The notes under the pieces are model-generated. The model saw only the letters and a list, made by a program, of their open reading frames with translations, was not told the origin of the DNA and made no database searches. Shown here in pieces: positions 37,223 through 46,715 of a stretch of DNA of 64,000 nt (position 1 is the stretch's first letter; every line of letters begins with the position of its first letter). The position numbers and the translations under genes were made by a program. Location: positions 72,080-136,079 of the IMG/VR virus record IMGVR_UViG_3300049491_000383; one strand, written 5' to 3'. The stretch is from a virus.

Positions 37223-37610
37223 GGTATTTTGGTTTACAAGGTATAACCTACCCCGGAGTCTAGTGTTTCTTAGGCAGCTAGGAGCATCATGTCGCTATCA
37301 GCCAAGGCTGAAAGGTCAAGAGCTGTCTCAGTTGTAATTGCGTTTGCTTTTACGGTTTGTGCTTGATTTACGGTCATCGCCTACCGTGTTGTCCACTCTC
37401 GTACTCTTTACCCCGTCGAATACCTGGTCCGCCCCATTATTAAACATACCGTGAAAAATTCGAATTCTCTTTCCTGCCCATACAACAGGTGACCGTCTTT
37501 AAGCTGGAGTCGAACCAGCAATAACCCATTCGATATGTTTAATGGTGGAGCGGGCGGGAATCGAACCCGCGTCCGGAACACTTTTCTGTTCGCTTCATAC
37601 AACAATAACT
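37222..37610 (-). ncRNA. ssrA: circularly permuted (two-piece) tmRNA
   Basis: The T-arm and ...CGCTCCACCA end (37543) lie upstream of the 5' end GGGGCGGACCAGGTATTCGAC (37435). G3:U70 is present. The tag ORF at 37347-37270 reads ANAITTETALDLSALADSDMMLLAA*. Confidence 0.9.
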
Positions 37611-37639
37611 AACTACTTTATAGCATTCTATTTATCTTG

Positions 37640-38149
37640 TCAACCATCCTGAAAGCAGATCTTATCCACTTTTACGTTGAATTCTAACTGTGCATGTGAA
37701 CGCACAACAAAGAAATGTATGCGATCGTTACTGATAGGATTTTCTGGATTTATTACCATATCACCTTTTCTCATACCTGCTTGATATGCGGGATAAAATT
37801 CAGGAATATGTGTTATCACATTTGTTTGCGGATTCCAAATAAATCCAACACCCTTATATGACTTATCCTTACCGTCACATACTCGTTCGTCTGTTTTATA
37901 GGTCGGCTTTGGAATTGGCAAATCACTCTTTAATGGAAGAAGATTATCAATAACGGGTTGCGGTTTTTCTTTTGGTAGTAACCTAACCTCTATACGCTTC
38001 TCTTCTTTTTTTGGAACTGTTGCTTCCGGAACAGGCGGAGTTGAAGTCACAACATACTTCTTTGGAAAATGTATTAGGTGATAAAACATTATCGTCGCAT
38101 GGATAGCGATTGATAAACTCAACCACGGAAGAATAGACTTTTTCTCCAA
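37640..38149 (-). CDS. membrane-anchored Pro-rich protein with PDZ-like domain
   Basis: TM S..IH, Pro-rich linker, Y.GVG...PA.QAGM..GD. Confidence 0.55.
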   Translation of the reverse strand: MEKKSILPWLSLSIAIHATIMFYHLIHFPKKYVVTSTPPVPEATVPKKEEKRIEVRLLPKEKPQPVIDNLLPLKSDLPIPKPTYKTDERVCDGKDKSYKGVGFIWNPQTNVITHIPEFYPAYQAGMRKGDMVINPENPISNDRIHFFVVRSHAQLEFNVKVDKICFQDG

Positions 38150-38159
38150 CTCGTTCCCC

Positions 38160-38828
38160 TTACCACATTAAATCGAAGTAACCTCTCATTACCTTACTAA
38201 CTGTAGCACTTGCACCAGTGTTGTGATCTTTTACACTATCATCCTGAAAACGATATGTACGGATCTTATCACCACGCATGCCAGATCCGACCTGTTGTTT
38301 ACGATCACTATCTAGGTTCTGTTTGAACTCTCTGCGTGCTTGTGAACTAAGTGTCTCTAGCAGTGCTTGTTTCGCCGATTCTAGGCTATTTTGCCTAGAA
38401 CGACATTGTGCTGTGGCAGTCTGGCCTGTAGGCAAATACGTCATACGACACGAATTTTGATGTTTATTTCTGTGTTGGCCGCCTGCACCTGTGCCGCTAT
38501 ACCATTCAATTCTAAAATCAGATTCCTTGTATTCTTCTACACGCAATTCGGGATCAGTGATCGCAACTGTTACGGTGCTGGTATGAACTCTGCCTTTGCG
38601 CTCTGTTGGAGGTACTCGTTGAATACGGTGACCACCTGCCTCATTCTGTAACTTAGATAAATCTGTGCCAACTACTTCTAAAAAGATTTCGCCCGGCACT
38701 TCCTTAACTATGCGATTGATTCAGCCGACTCTATCGCAGTGTCGTTGGTATGCTTGAGCAAGATCCATTGCGAATAGCTTGCTATCTTCTCCGCCTTCGG
38801 CGGCACGTATTTCAATAACTCTCTTCAT
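38160..38828 (-). CDS. prfA: RF1-like class I peptide chain release factor lacking domain 1, with in-frame TGA at codon 36
   Basis: SD GGAGG and ATG at 38828; EIRAAEGGEDSKLF...VG*INR; HRIQRVPPTE (PxT), GAGGQH, RSRQ.S, KIRTY.F. Confidence 0.85.
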
Positions 38829-38846
38829 ATTGCCTCCATAAAAACT

Positions 38847-38924
38847 TGGCGGGGCGTACGGGATTCGAACCCGTGGTCTCTGACGTGACAGGCCAGCGCA
38901 TTAGGCCAACTATGCTAACGCCCC
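38847..38924 (-). tRNA. tRNA-Asp(GTC)
   Basis: Canonical, loop CT-GTC-AC, G73. Confidence 0.93.
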
Positions 38925-38927
38925 AAA

Positions 38928-39266
38928 TTTGATTACCCTATAGCCGGGGTTCTGTGCCTCTTTCGAGCGACAATCATTCATCTACGGTATTTAGCCGTCC
39001 TCCCCAGGTTTCAATCTGGATCATAGGTGCCACAACCCGAACCCTCGGCGAACAGCGTCAACGAGTTCTGTTTGTGTTACTGCGGGATCGTTGTGGTACA
39101 AGCGTGTTATGAACGTATAGTGCAGGGTCTCATCGACCTGGGGCCACTCTATCCATTTCCTTATGGGCGTTCTATAGCGTATAACACTTCCACAGAGCGA
39201 TGAACCCTGTTCTATGCAGGCCCGAACTTCCTCTACCTTTCAGCAGCGATTGTCCAGGTAATCAAA
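38928..39266 (-). ncRNA. rnpB: RNase P RNA
   Basis: P1 TTTGATTACC/GGTAATCAAA, GACAATCGC...GAGGAAGTTCGGGC (CR-I), AGATGAATGATTGTC (CR-IV), ACAGAACCCCGGCTATA (CR-V). Confidence 0.88.
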
Positions 39267-39579
39267 TATTGTAATAATCAAACTTCTCTAGTCTTCTAAG
39301 TAACTCGTCTCTCAGAGCATCCAGTGCGTATGGGGCACGTGGTGGGGTCTGAACAGGGTCGTAATGATGAATTTTAACTTCATCCTCATACCATTCGAGA
39401 AGCTTTTTGCTTGTTTCATTTTCTATTGTCATGATTATTTGTTCGGTTGAGATACCACCGGGCGTCGACTAACGCCCTGCTGTATATTCACTCTCGGAAT
39501 GCAGTCCTAAAGCATGGAATCGCTACCAACCTAAAATGTAGTCTTAGCGGTACCTCAGGACTAAGTGTAGCTGTAATCG

Positions 39580-39849
39580 CTACTTGATGCAAGAATTCAG
39601 TGCAGCCAAAAGCTCTTCCTCGTATCCGAGATGTAACTTTCTATCTGCAAGTGTTGCCTTTGTCTTTTCAAAAACATCCTGATCTTCGGATAATTTGTCA
39701 AAACTAAACTCTGGCTTTGTTGGAACGGTAGCCTTGCAAGGCATTGCTACCGGAACTTCAACGCGCTGAATTACTGTGTTGATAAGTGGTGCATCTGTTG
39801 CACAACCTGCAAGAAACAATGCTGCTACCAATACGAGTTTATTTTGCAT
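39580..39849 (-). CDS. o-spanin lipoprotein (Rz1-like)
   Basis: Lipobox LAGC, Pro-rich, overlaps the i-spanin end. Confidence 0.75.
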   Translation of the reverse strand: MQNKLVLVAALFLAGCATDAPLINTVIQRVEVPVAMPCKATVPTKPEFSFDKLSEDQDVFEKTKATLADRKLHLGYEEELLAALNSCIK

Positions 39850-40225
39850 TTTTAATCTCCTCGTTAATTAGTTGATTAGCTGCATCGCATTTTGACACAT
39901 TCTGTGGGGAGACTCTTTTTAGAAGTGCATCTGCCTGTTTCTTAAAACTGTCAGCTTTGACTTTTGCCTTTGCGACTTCAGCAGCACCAGCTTTCTCGCG
40001 TGCGTCAGAATCGGCCTTTAGTTTATCAATCGCAGCATTTTGTTCTGTGATTGCACCTTGCAGACTCTTAACAGATGCCTGAGAAATAGCAAGCTCAGCA
40101 ACAAGATTTTTCTTCTCGGTTTCACAGTGTTTAAGCTCGGTTTTTATAAAAGCAATGTATATACCCAGGGCAACAACTATCACCCCGATGATAACATACT
40201 TATTTGTTAGCAATGATAACCACAT
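39839..40225 (-). CDS. i-spanin (Rz-like)
   Basis: N-terminal TM, coiled coil and C-terminal Cys. Confidence 0.75.
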   Translation of the reverse strand: MWLSLLTNKYVIIGVIVVALGIYIAFIKTELKHCETEKKNLVAELAISQASVKSLQGAITEQNAAIDKLKADSDAREKAGAAEVAKAKVKADSFKKQADALLKRVSPQNVSKCDAANQLINEEIKNAK

Positions 40226-40246
40226 AATAGAACCTCTTCGTTTCTA

Positions 40247-41017
40247 TTATTTATCAGATCCTAGACGTAATAGTGGGATGAAGATACGGCAGGGATCATA
40301 TTCCCACCATTTAGATCCGAAATCAAACTTAGCTGGGTATTTGTGATGATTATTGTGCCAGCCCTGTCCCCAACCTAAATACCCAAGTGGTACAAAGTTA
40401 GAACTGATATCATCTGTGTCAAAGTTTCTGTATCCAAGACTTGGCCAATGTCCAAAGACATTTACTGAAAAATCTTGAAGCATTGATATTGTTGCTGCAA
40501 TGCAGTATCCAAATAGAAGTGCTTTCCAACTTACAAGTCCAAGAAGGATAACAAATATCCATACAAGTTTGAAGTAATGTTTATGTGCAAATACGTGATT
40601 GGGTTTACGCAGTAGTTTCACAGCATATTTGTGATTCACAGATTGTGCTGTAACATGAAATATCCAACCAATAAATGCATACCATTTTCCCTTGTTAGGT
40701 GTATGTGGATCTTTTTCGGTATCGGCATGTGGGTGGTGATAACCCATATGTGTTGCTACCCAGGTGATTGAACTACTCTGGCAGGCAAGTGTTCCACATG
40801 TAAGAATAACATTATCAAGCCAAGGTTTCAATATATAACAACGGTGACTATATACTCTGTGAAATCCGGTAGCAATACCGAGCCCACTGAGTAATACCCA
40901 GAAGATAAAAGTAAGCAGGAGCCACGCATATGCCCCCGTTATTATCATTGTTGTAAGACCGATAATGCCCAATAGTGTTATCGGTAATACAATTAACCCG
41001 AAGTACCTAAAATTCAT
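40247..41017 (-). CDS. membrane fatty-acid desaturase (delta-9 type)
   Basis: His boxes HRVYSH, HMGYHH, WHNNHH; DPH.P. Confidence 0.92.
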   Translation of the reverse strand: MNFRYFGLIVLPITLLGIIGLTTMIITGAYAWLLLTFIFWVLLSGLGIATGFHRVYSHRCYILKPWLDNVILTCGTLACQSSSITWVATHMGYHHPHADTEKDPHTPNKGKWYAFIGWIFHVTAQSVNHKYAVKLLRKPNHVFAHKHYFKLVWIFVILLGLVSWKALLFGYCIAATISMLQDFSVNVFGHWPSLGYRNFDTDDISSNFVPLGYLGWGQGWHNNHHKYPAKFDFGSKWWEYDPCRIFIPLLRLGSDK

Positions 41018-41637
41018 AAAAATCCTGCTATTGGCAACTCCGTTGGTCTATGTTCAGACTTCAAAAACGCGCATCGTACAAGTGAATCAACCGGCATAAG
41101 TGTCCTGTTGAACAATATTTGCCAAGGAACAAGATAGATGCACTTTGTCTTGGCTGGTACAACAAACTCATTAACAAAATCGTATCTTTCTCTATTGTAT
41201 TTACTAAATGCAAGACGTCGGTATGTTGCCTCATACTTAAGATTAAACATAGAGAAGAATTTATATCTTCCATTATCTTCGTTATATTTGATTGCTGCAT
41301 CTAGGGCATATTTGATATGAGATTGATTCTTACTTCTAACTTGTGTCCAAAACCAATCCGGTGTTTCTACAGACTCATAAAAAGAAACGTAAGATGTAAT
41401 AATACCATCCTCGTCAAATGTTCCGAATGCTTTAAAGTTTTGAAGATTGGTAAGGTACGTATCGCAGAATACCGAATAGGCCATATATAGGAAATCCGGA
41501 TCTGATTTACTAAATGATCCGCTGGCATCGGGAGTTTCTTCCGATAACTTTACTCCCATATATTTGTTCCTGTAGAACAGATGAGCTATGGATTCCCGAT
41601 GTGTTTTATTTAATAGTTCAACTCTCATATTCACCAT
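41014..41637 (-). CDS. GNAT-like hypothetical protein
   Basis: FGTFDEDG..SY pattern; cluster context. Confidence 0.4.
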   Translation of the reverse strand: MVNMRVELLNKTHRESIAHLFYRNKYMGVKLSEETPDASGSFSKSDPDFLYMAYSVFCDTYLTNLQNFKAFGTFDEDGIITSYVSFYESVETPDWFWTQVRSKNQSHIKYALDAAIKYNEDNGRYKFFSMFNLKYEATYRRLAFSKYNRERYDFVNEFVVPAKTKCIYLVPWQILFNRTLMPVDSLVRCAFLKSEHRPTELPIAGFL

Positions 41638-42544
41638 TCAACATTTTAATTACAGTCTTTAATGAAATCCCGTCTAGGCTAGGTTCAAACCTCTTTGTTT
41701 GATCTAGCGAAATTCCCTTATATGCTTCATAATTGAATCCCAGAAGCCTTTCAAACCCGTGTGTCTTTTTCTTTACTCTTAGGCCAGGGTACAATCTACG
41801 AAGAACATTATTCTTTGTTGAGACTGAGCTTAGTTTATAATTGTACCTCTCGCTGAACAAATTTTGCATTGTTTCGTCTTCAAGGTAATACATAAGCAAT
41901 TCAGGAGTATAGGAAAACCACTCATTTACTAAAGGTATATTATACTTTTCTGAAAATCTCATTGCTGATGCGTCTTCATTTTCTCTAAATGTGTAGTACC
42001 AGTCAGTACCGAGTTTACTAACACCACGAGTAAATAGGGCTTCGCCGCCCATTACAGATGGCATACCTAATTTTAGAATGTGGTAATAAACAAGCAGGTA
42101 TGTTACCTGTGTGCATTGTATAGTTTTTCCAAACTCGGCGGCGGCGCCCGAATAATAAAAATCCTTAACATCGAAATCTAAGATTTCGAGATCAATACTA
42201 AGGTCTTTAGCAATTTCAATCGCTTCAAGAATATCGGGCGCATTGTAATCATCCTTAAATCTAACCGCTGCACATTTTGGCTTAATTCCAATATCAAGAA
42301 AATTTCTTAGTACAATCTCACTGTCAGTACCACCGGACAGGAAGATAACTAAGTCTTTCCCAAATTCATTATAGACAGAATCAGCGGTACGCCTTAATTC
42401 AGAACAATAATTACTTCGTTGATAATGATCAAAATCAATGGTGCCAAGCTGAACTGAAAACTTCTCAGATGCGTTCTCTCTATATCCGAACTCTCTTCCG
42501 CCAATAGAATAGCGTAAGTGATTATTCAGAGTATAATTGGTCAT
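41618..42544 (-). CDS. PP-loop (adenine nucleotide alpha-hydrolase-like) ATPase
   Basis: FLSGGTDSE motif. Confidence 0.7.
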   Translation of the reverse strand: MTNYTLNNHLRYSIGGREFGYRENASEKFSVQLGTIDFDHYQRSNYCSELRRTADSVYNEFGKDLVIFLSGGTDSEIVLRNFLDIGIKPKCAAVRFKDDYNAPDILEAIEIAKDLSIDLEILDFDVKDFYYSGAAAEFGKTIQCTQVTYLLVYYHILKLGMPSVMGGEALFTRGVSKLGTDWYYTFRENEDASAMRFSEKYNIPLVNEWFSYTPELLMYYLEDETMQNLFSERYNYKLSSVSTKNNVLRRLYPGLRVKKKTHGFERLLGFNYEAYKGISLDQTKRFEPSLDGISLKTVIKMLNGEYES

Positions 42545-42765
42545 TTCATTAACTGTAATAGATCACCAACTGTAAGTATTGGTGTGTCTGGATCGTCAAT
42601 TGTCACATTCATTTCGTCTTCGTAGGCCATCTGCAATTCAACAATATCAAGTGAGTCCAAATTTAGGTCACTTAGAAGTGTATCTTCAGTGAAGTTGGGA
42701 ACATCACCTCCCTGCATTTCAGCAATGGTCTTTTGTAGAAAACTTTTCTTTGAATCAAGGTTCAT
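42541..42765 (-). CDS. acpP: acyl carrier protein
   Basis: DLNLDSLDIVEL.M..ED, TVGDL; acidic, 74 aa. Confidence 0.9.
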   Translation of the reverse strand: MNLDSKKSFLQKTIAEMQGGDVPNFTEDTLLSDLNLDSLDIVELQMAYEDEMNVTIDDPDTPILTVGDLLQLMK

Positions 42766-42766
42766 T

Positions 42767-43294
42767 TTATTTCCTTAGCTGAACTACATATTGTTCAGTG
42801 TTGTAAACGGATTTTATACCGATGGGTTGAAATTGTCTGTAGATATCCGGCCAGTTGTTGAACAGTGCAGGTCTCTTTCCTTTTTCTGCCAAACAAAACC
42901 AGTCGTATATTGTCTTGTTATATTTATTGCAGGTTATCCACACTTTGTCAAAGTCTGAACAGGCTTCGAGCATTTTGGGTAAACACGTTTCTGCAAAAAT
43001 GTATTTTGCACGATGTGATTTTGAAATGAATGCTCTTGTTAAGACTAGAGCTGTAGAGTCATCATATTGATTCCATCCTGCACTTGCAAGATACTCTCCG
43101 TTCTCTTCCATAACGTAATACATTCCATTCTTGTATCTTCCATCTTTAAGTACATAAAATAGATTTGAATTTACTTCCGAGAATGTAGGGGAGTAATTTT
43201 CTATAATTCTCTCATCATCAATATTACTAAGTCCTTGCTTAAGGATATTGATCACATGCTCATTCGAAAGATCTTGAATTTCGTGTATGTTCAT
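42767..43294 (-). CDS. GNAT-family acyltransferase
   Basis: YY.ME.GEYLASAG, TRAFIS..HR.K. Confidence 0.6.
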   Translation of the reverse strand: MNIHEIQDLSNEHVINILKQGLSNIDDERIIENYSPTFSEVNSNLFYVLKDGRYKNGMYYVMEENGEYLASAGWNQYDDSTALVLTRAFISKSHRAKYIFAETCLPKMLEACSDFDKVWITCNKYNKTIYDWFCLAEKGKRPALFNNWPDIYRQFQPIGIKSVYNTEQYVVQLRK

Positions 43295-43324
43295 AGCCCA
43301 TATTTATACCCGGTAAATAACGAC

Positions 43325-44218
43325 ATGACTAACATTGAAACAAAGTTTGCACATAGGGCTAGAAAAATACTCAACTTCAAAAAGGCCTATCTTCAACTTC
43401 CAAACACACCCATAATGATGTTGGGAAAAATTGATGTTGCCAAGTTAACAGAATTTTTACAAAAGTTGCCTATGATGAAAGCATTCCCGAGTAGGTCAAC
43501 AGGATTCGCAAACATGTCCGAGTATCTAACAAAGAATGATTTAGATCCGGATTCACTCTATACAAGCGATGTTGCTCGCCAGTTGGACAATCTAATAGAT
43601 CCAATCTCCGACGAAGTCCGCAGATGCATCTCCCGTACACTTGATCACACCGTAATGATTGTTAGGGGAGTAATTGATACTATTGACGAGAACTCCTGCA
43701 TTATTCCGCACAGTGACGGATTTGTTTTTCACAAACTATCATTTCGCGTGCATATCCCGTTGTTTGTTACAGAAAAATCTATAGGTGTAAATTTTAATCC
43801 GTGGACCTGTAAACCCTATAGTTGGAAGATGGAAACTGTGGGCGGCATCTATCTTTTCAATAATTTTGAGCCACATACTGTTTCTGTACTTGACACCGGC
43901 ACTAGGGCACACCTAATATTTGATGTATCAGTTGGTGATTTAATTAGTGATTGTGATTCCGAAGGCGGGTATATTGAGGCAAAAAGAGTATTAGCAAGCA
44001 GGGGAGATTTGACTACAGATTCCTATAGCCCCAACACAATTACTCATACAGTTTCTAACTTTACAATTAGAAACAAATTGAGTTCTATCTATGCAGGATT
44101 AGAGCCAAAGAAAAGCCTGCTTGAGCAGGCTTCAATTGAATCGGTTGCAGAATCTCGTCTGTGGATTAAGCAACTTTTAAATTTTGAATTAGATAACGGA
44201 AACGTCAGGCATATCTGA
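43325..44218 (+). CDS. Asp/Asn beta-hydroxylase-like 2OG-Fe(II) oxygenase
   Basis: IIPHSD, RVHIPL, FNN..PHTV, R.HLIFD. Confidence 0.75.
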   Translation: MTNIETKFAHRARKILNFKKAYLQLPNTPIMMLGKIDVAKLTEFLQKLPMMKAFPSRSTGFANMSEYLTKNDLDPDSLYTSDVARQLDNLIDPISDEVRRCISRTLDHTVMIVRGVIDTIDENSCIIPHSDGFVFHKLSFRVHIPLFVTEKSIGVNFNPWTCKPYSWKMETVGGIYLFNNFEPHTVSVLDTGTRAHLIFDVSVGDLISDCDSEGGYIEAKRVLASRGDLTTDSYSPNTITHTVSNFTIRNKLSSIYAGLEPKKSLLEQASIESVAESRLWIKQLLNFELDNGNVRHI

Positions 44219-44779
44219 TTTAAAGGCTTTCTTTAAGGCCACATCATAGGGCTTTACTTTACCTGCAATCCATTGGTCGAGACCGTTAGTTGGAATTTCT
44301 CCTGCCTTAACAATCGCGTAGGTATGAATAGTATATTGCTTCCAAATCCTGGAAGTTTTCTTTGTCTTCTCCTGGGTCTGCGCCCATTCTAGCGGAAGCG
44401 ACCATCTAATAATTGTTCTTCCCTTTTCTTCGGCAAGTTTGATTGCTGCTTCCCATGCTTCGTCAAGCCCATTCTTTGAATAGTTCCATGGATATCTTGA
44501 TTTCGGGTTTACGGTCAGATAAGACATCAGCCAATCGCGCTCGCATGGTGTTGCAAATGTCTGCACCAAAACTGCGGAAAGTAGATTGCCATCAAAAGAA
44601 CCCCAGACAAAGTTCTTACCGTCTGGAGTTGTGACTAATAACGAAAGCTTAACAAAGGTTTCTCTAGCGTCTTCTAGCGAGATAGGATGAACTCCCATAC
44701 GTTTGCGGGAGAGTACAATTTCCTCAAGCTGCGGTAGTGAATCAACTTCAAGCAATCTTACTTGAAATTGATTTACCAT
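44189..44779 (-). CDS. GNAT-like hypothetical protein
   Basis: VWGSFDG..., AI.LAEEKG pattern. Confidence 0.45.
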   Translation of the reverse strand: MVNQFQVRLLEVDSLPQLEEIVLSRKRMGVHPISLEDARETFVKLSLLVTTPDGKNFVWGSFDGNLLSAVLVQTFATPCERDWLMSYLTVNPKSRYPWNYSKNGLDEAWEAAIKLAEEKGRTIIRWSLPLEWAQTQEKTKKTSRIWKQYTIHTYAIVKAGEIPTNGLDQWIAGKVKPYDVALKKAFKSDMPDVSVI

Positions 44780-45078
44780 TATACCTGTTGTCTAGTAATG
44801 CTGATGCTATTAGCCGAGCAGTATGCATCTCTATCAGCGAAGAATGTCGGAAGAGCTGCGTCTAGATCAGCCAAGAAGCCGTCGAGTTCCGTTTGATTTC
44901 CGTATTCTGCAACAGATGTGCAAGTAAGCATATCTCCGGAATATTCGTAAGAATATACAGGTGAATGCGAACTGTCAATCATAACTTGCTGAAATGCTGC
45001 TGCAACTGTTGGTGCCGAATCAAGATAAAACTTTACTTCGACTGCTGGACGAACATAAGTTGTGGTTACTGTGATCAT
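44779..45078 (-). CDS. hypothetical protein
   Basis: 99-aa ORF in cluster. Confidence 0.5.
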   Translation of the reverse strand: MITVTTTYVRPAVEVKFYLDSAPTVAAAFQQVMIDSSHSPVYSYEYSGDMLTCTSVAEYGNQTELDGFLADLDAALPTFFADRDAYCSANSISITRQQV

Positions 45079-45087
45079 TTTATTTCC

Positions 45088-45897
45088 TTAAATCAATTTT
45101 GCTGTTTTTACATTGGTAGCAAGACCAATTTTCTCTAACAGAGTGATAACAATAAAGCTAATGTCTACCTCTTTAGTAGATAATCCGAAACGTGCGCTGC
45201 CGGGATACTTGTGATGGTTATTGTGCCATCCTTCTCCAAAAATAGCTAATCCAAGAATTGGATTATTTTGACTCTTATCTGGCACTTCTTCAAAGTTTCT
45301 GTAACTCACAGAACTCTTTGAATGGCCAAACCAATTCAAGATATTACTTGCCAAAATTGACATGACTACTGGGATTACGAATACGTAGAAAAACATTGTA
45401 TAGCTAATGAGTGCAAGTACCAATCCAATTGATCCAAGAATCCCAAAATAGTATCTGTGCCAGAATCTAAAATATGGATCCCTGGCAATATCCTTAATAC
45501 CTTGTGCGCTAACTCTCGGGTATGCACCAAACAATGTTTTCCACACACTTGTTGGTGGATGTGGATCTAAATTCTTATCAGAATATCTGTGATGCTGACG
45601 GTGAGTCATAACCCACATAATTGGGCTGCCGGTACCAGCCATACACGCAAAGGTAGCAAATACTTTTTGGACTACCGGATGAAGCTTAACTGCCTTGTGA
45701 GTTAGTGTTCTGTGGTACGTAATACTTACGCCTAAACAGATAAAACAGAAATACAATACTAAAGAAGCGGCTATACCAATCCAACTAAATGCTACAGTAA
45801 ACGGAGATAGCAAAACTAAGATGAAAAGAAAAATATTGAAGGTAAGGAGAGTAGCAGGGTTGTTACCCTTAATGATTCCCTTAATTGTGTTGATCAT
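45088..45897 (-). CDS. second membrane fatty-acid desaturase (delta-9 type)
   Basis: HRTLTH, HRQHH, DPH.P, GEGWHNNHH. Confidence 0.92.
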   Translation of the reverse strand: MINTIKGIIKGNNPATLLTFNIFLFILVLLSPFTVAFSWIGIAASLVLYFCFICLGVSITYHRTLTHKAVKLHPVVQKVFATFACMAGTGSPIMWVMTHRQHHRYSDKNLDPHPPTSVWKTLFGAYPRVSAQGIKDIARDPYFRFWHRYYFGILGSIGLVLALISYTMFFYVFVIPVVMSILASNILNWFGHSKSSVSYRNFEEVPDKSQNNPILGLAIFGEGWHNNHHKYPGSARFGLSTKEVDISFIVITLLEKIGLATNVKTAKLI

Positions 45898-46715
45898 TCA
45901 GTTCTCCTTGTAGCATAATGCTCTTCAAGTCCTGTTTTTTGTAAAAATTCTGGTGAAAATTTGCCATCAACTCTAATAGAGAAAGTTGATGTATCTACAA
46001 TATCCGAACCGTGCCATGTGCCGTTATCAAACGTATTTATCACTCCGTTGGTATATTGTTTTTCAAAGTTCTCATCTAATACAAACATTTTCTTAATTTT
46101 CTTGGGTATGATTAATAAGAACTGGTCTTTTCTACTTTGTAAATCAGCGTAATCACAATGAACTTCGGTACACGTTCTACGCTCAGTAATAAAAAGCATC
46201 ACTCTGCCAATCTCACTAAAGGCTCCGCTATCTTCAATCCATTTACGGAGTTCCGGAAATAGCTCATACGCCTCTGTATCGTGATTCATTGCTGCGATAT
46301 GTTTTGCAGCAAACATTCCAACATAATTTTTGTAGGTTCTAAGTAAGAGCTTCTTGCCAAGCCCAATTGTGGGATATGCAAACTTTGTATATTCATAAAT
46401 TTCTCTATCGTTCAACCCTTCATTCTTTAGCTGATCAATCATACCAGACTCTTTCATTGCTCCCTGCTGATATACTGTGACCTCTGGTACTGTTTGATTA
46501 TAGAGAGCATATTTAGATCCAATAATAACTGGTTCCCAATACTTTTCTGCCTTCACCACTGATTTAATCAAATCGTGATGAATATTCTCAAGTCCTGCGA
46601 CATCAAGATATTCATCAAAATTTACTGTCCACTGCCCCTTAATCTTAAACGGCAGGGCTCGGCGATTAGCCAAGACTTGCTTGGTAGATAAGTCTGAGTG
46701 CATCTTCGTCCCCAT
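45894..46715 (-). CDS. 2OG-Fe(II) oxygenase-like protein
   Basis: IGRVMLF...HCD...WHG...SIRVDG.F. Confidence 0.55.
   Translation of the reverse strand: MGTKMHSDLSTKQVLANRRALPFKIKGQWTVNFDEYLDVAGLENIHHDLIKSVVKAEKYWEPVIIGSKYALYNQTVPEVTVYQQGAMKESGMIDQLKNEGLNDREIYEYTKFAYPTIGLGKKLLLRTYKNYVGMFAAKHIAAMNHDTEAYELFPELRKWIEDSGAFSEIGRVMLFITERRTCTEVHCDYADLQSRKDQFLLIIPKKIKKMFVLDENFEKQYTNGVINTFDNGTWHGSDIVDTSTFSIRVDGKFSPEFLQKTGLEEHYATRRTE

Noticed and set aside
37408-37605. ORFs overlapping tmRNA and tRNA genes (e.g. 37408, 12183, 27196, 57304, 59297)
   Set aside because: They are spurious translations of structured RNA genes.
38160-38699. PrfH or ArfB identity for the release factor
   Set aside because: The PPT (PxT) motif and the HR.QRVP..E..GR.HTS context are RF1-type.
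39477-39495. GAGAGTGAATATACAGCAGG resembling the start of member C
   Set aside because: The motif ends CAGCAG and I found no complementary closing strand.
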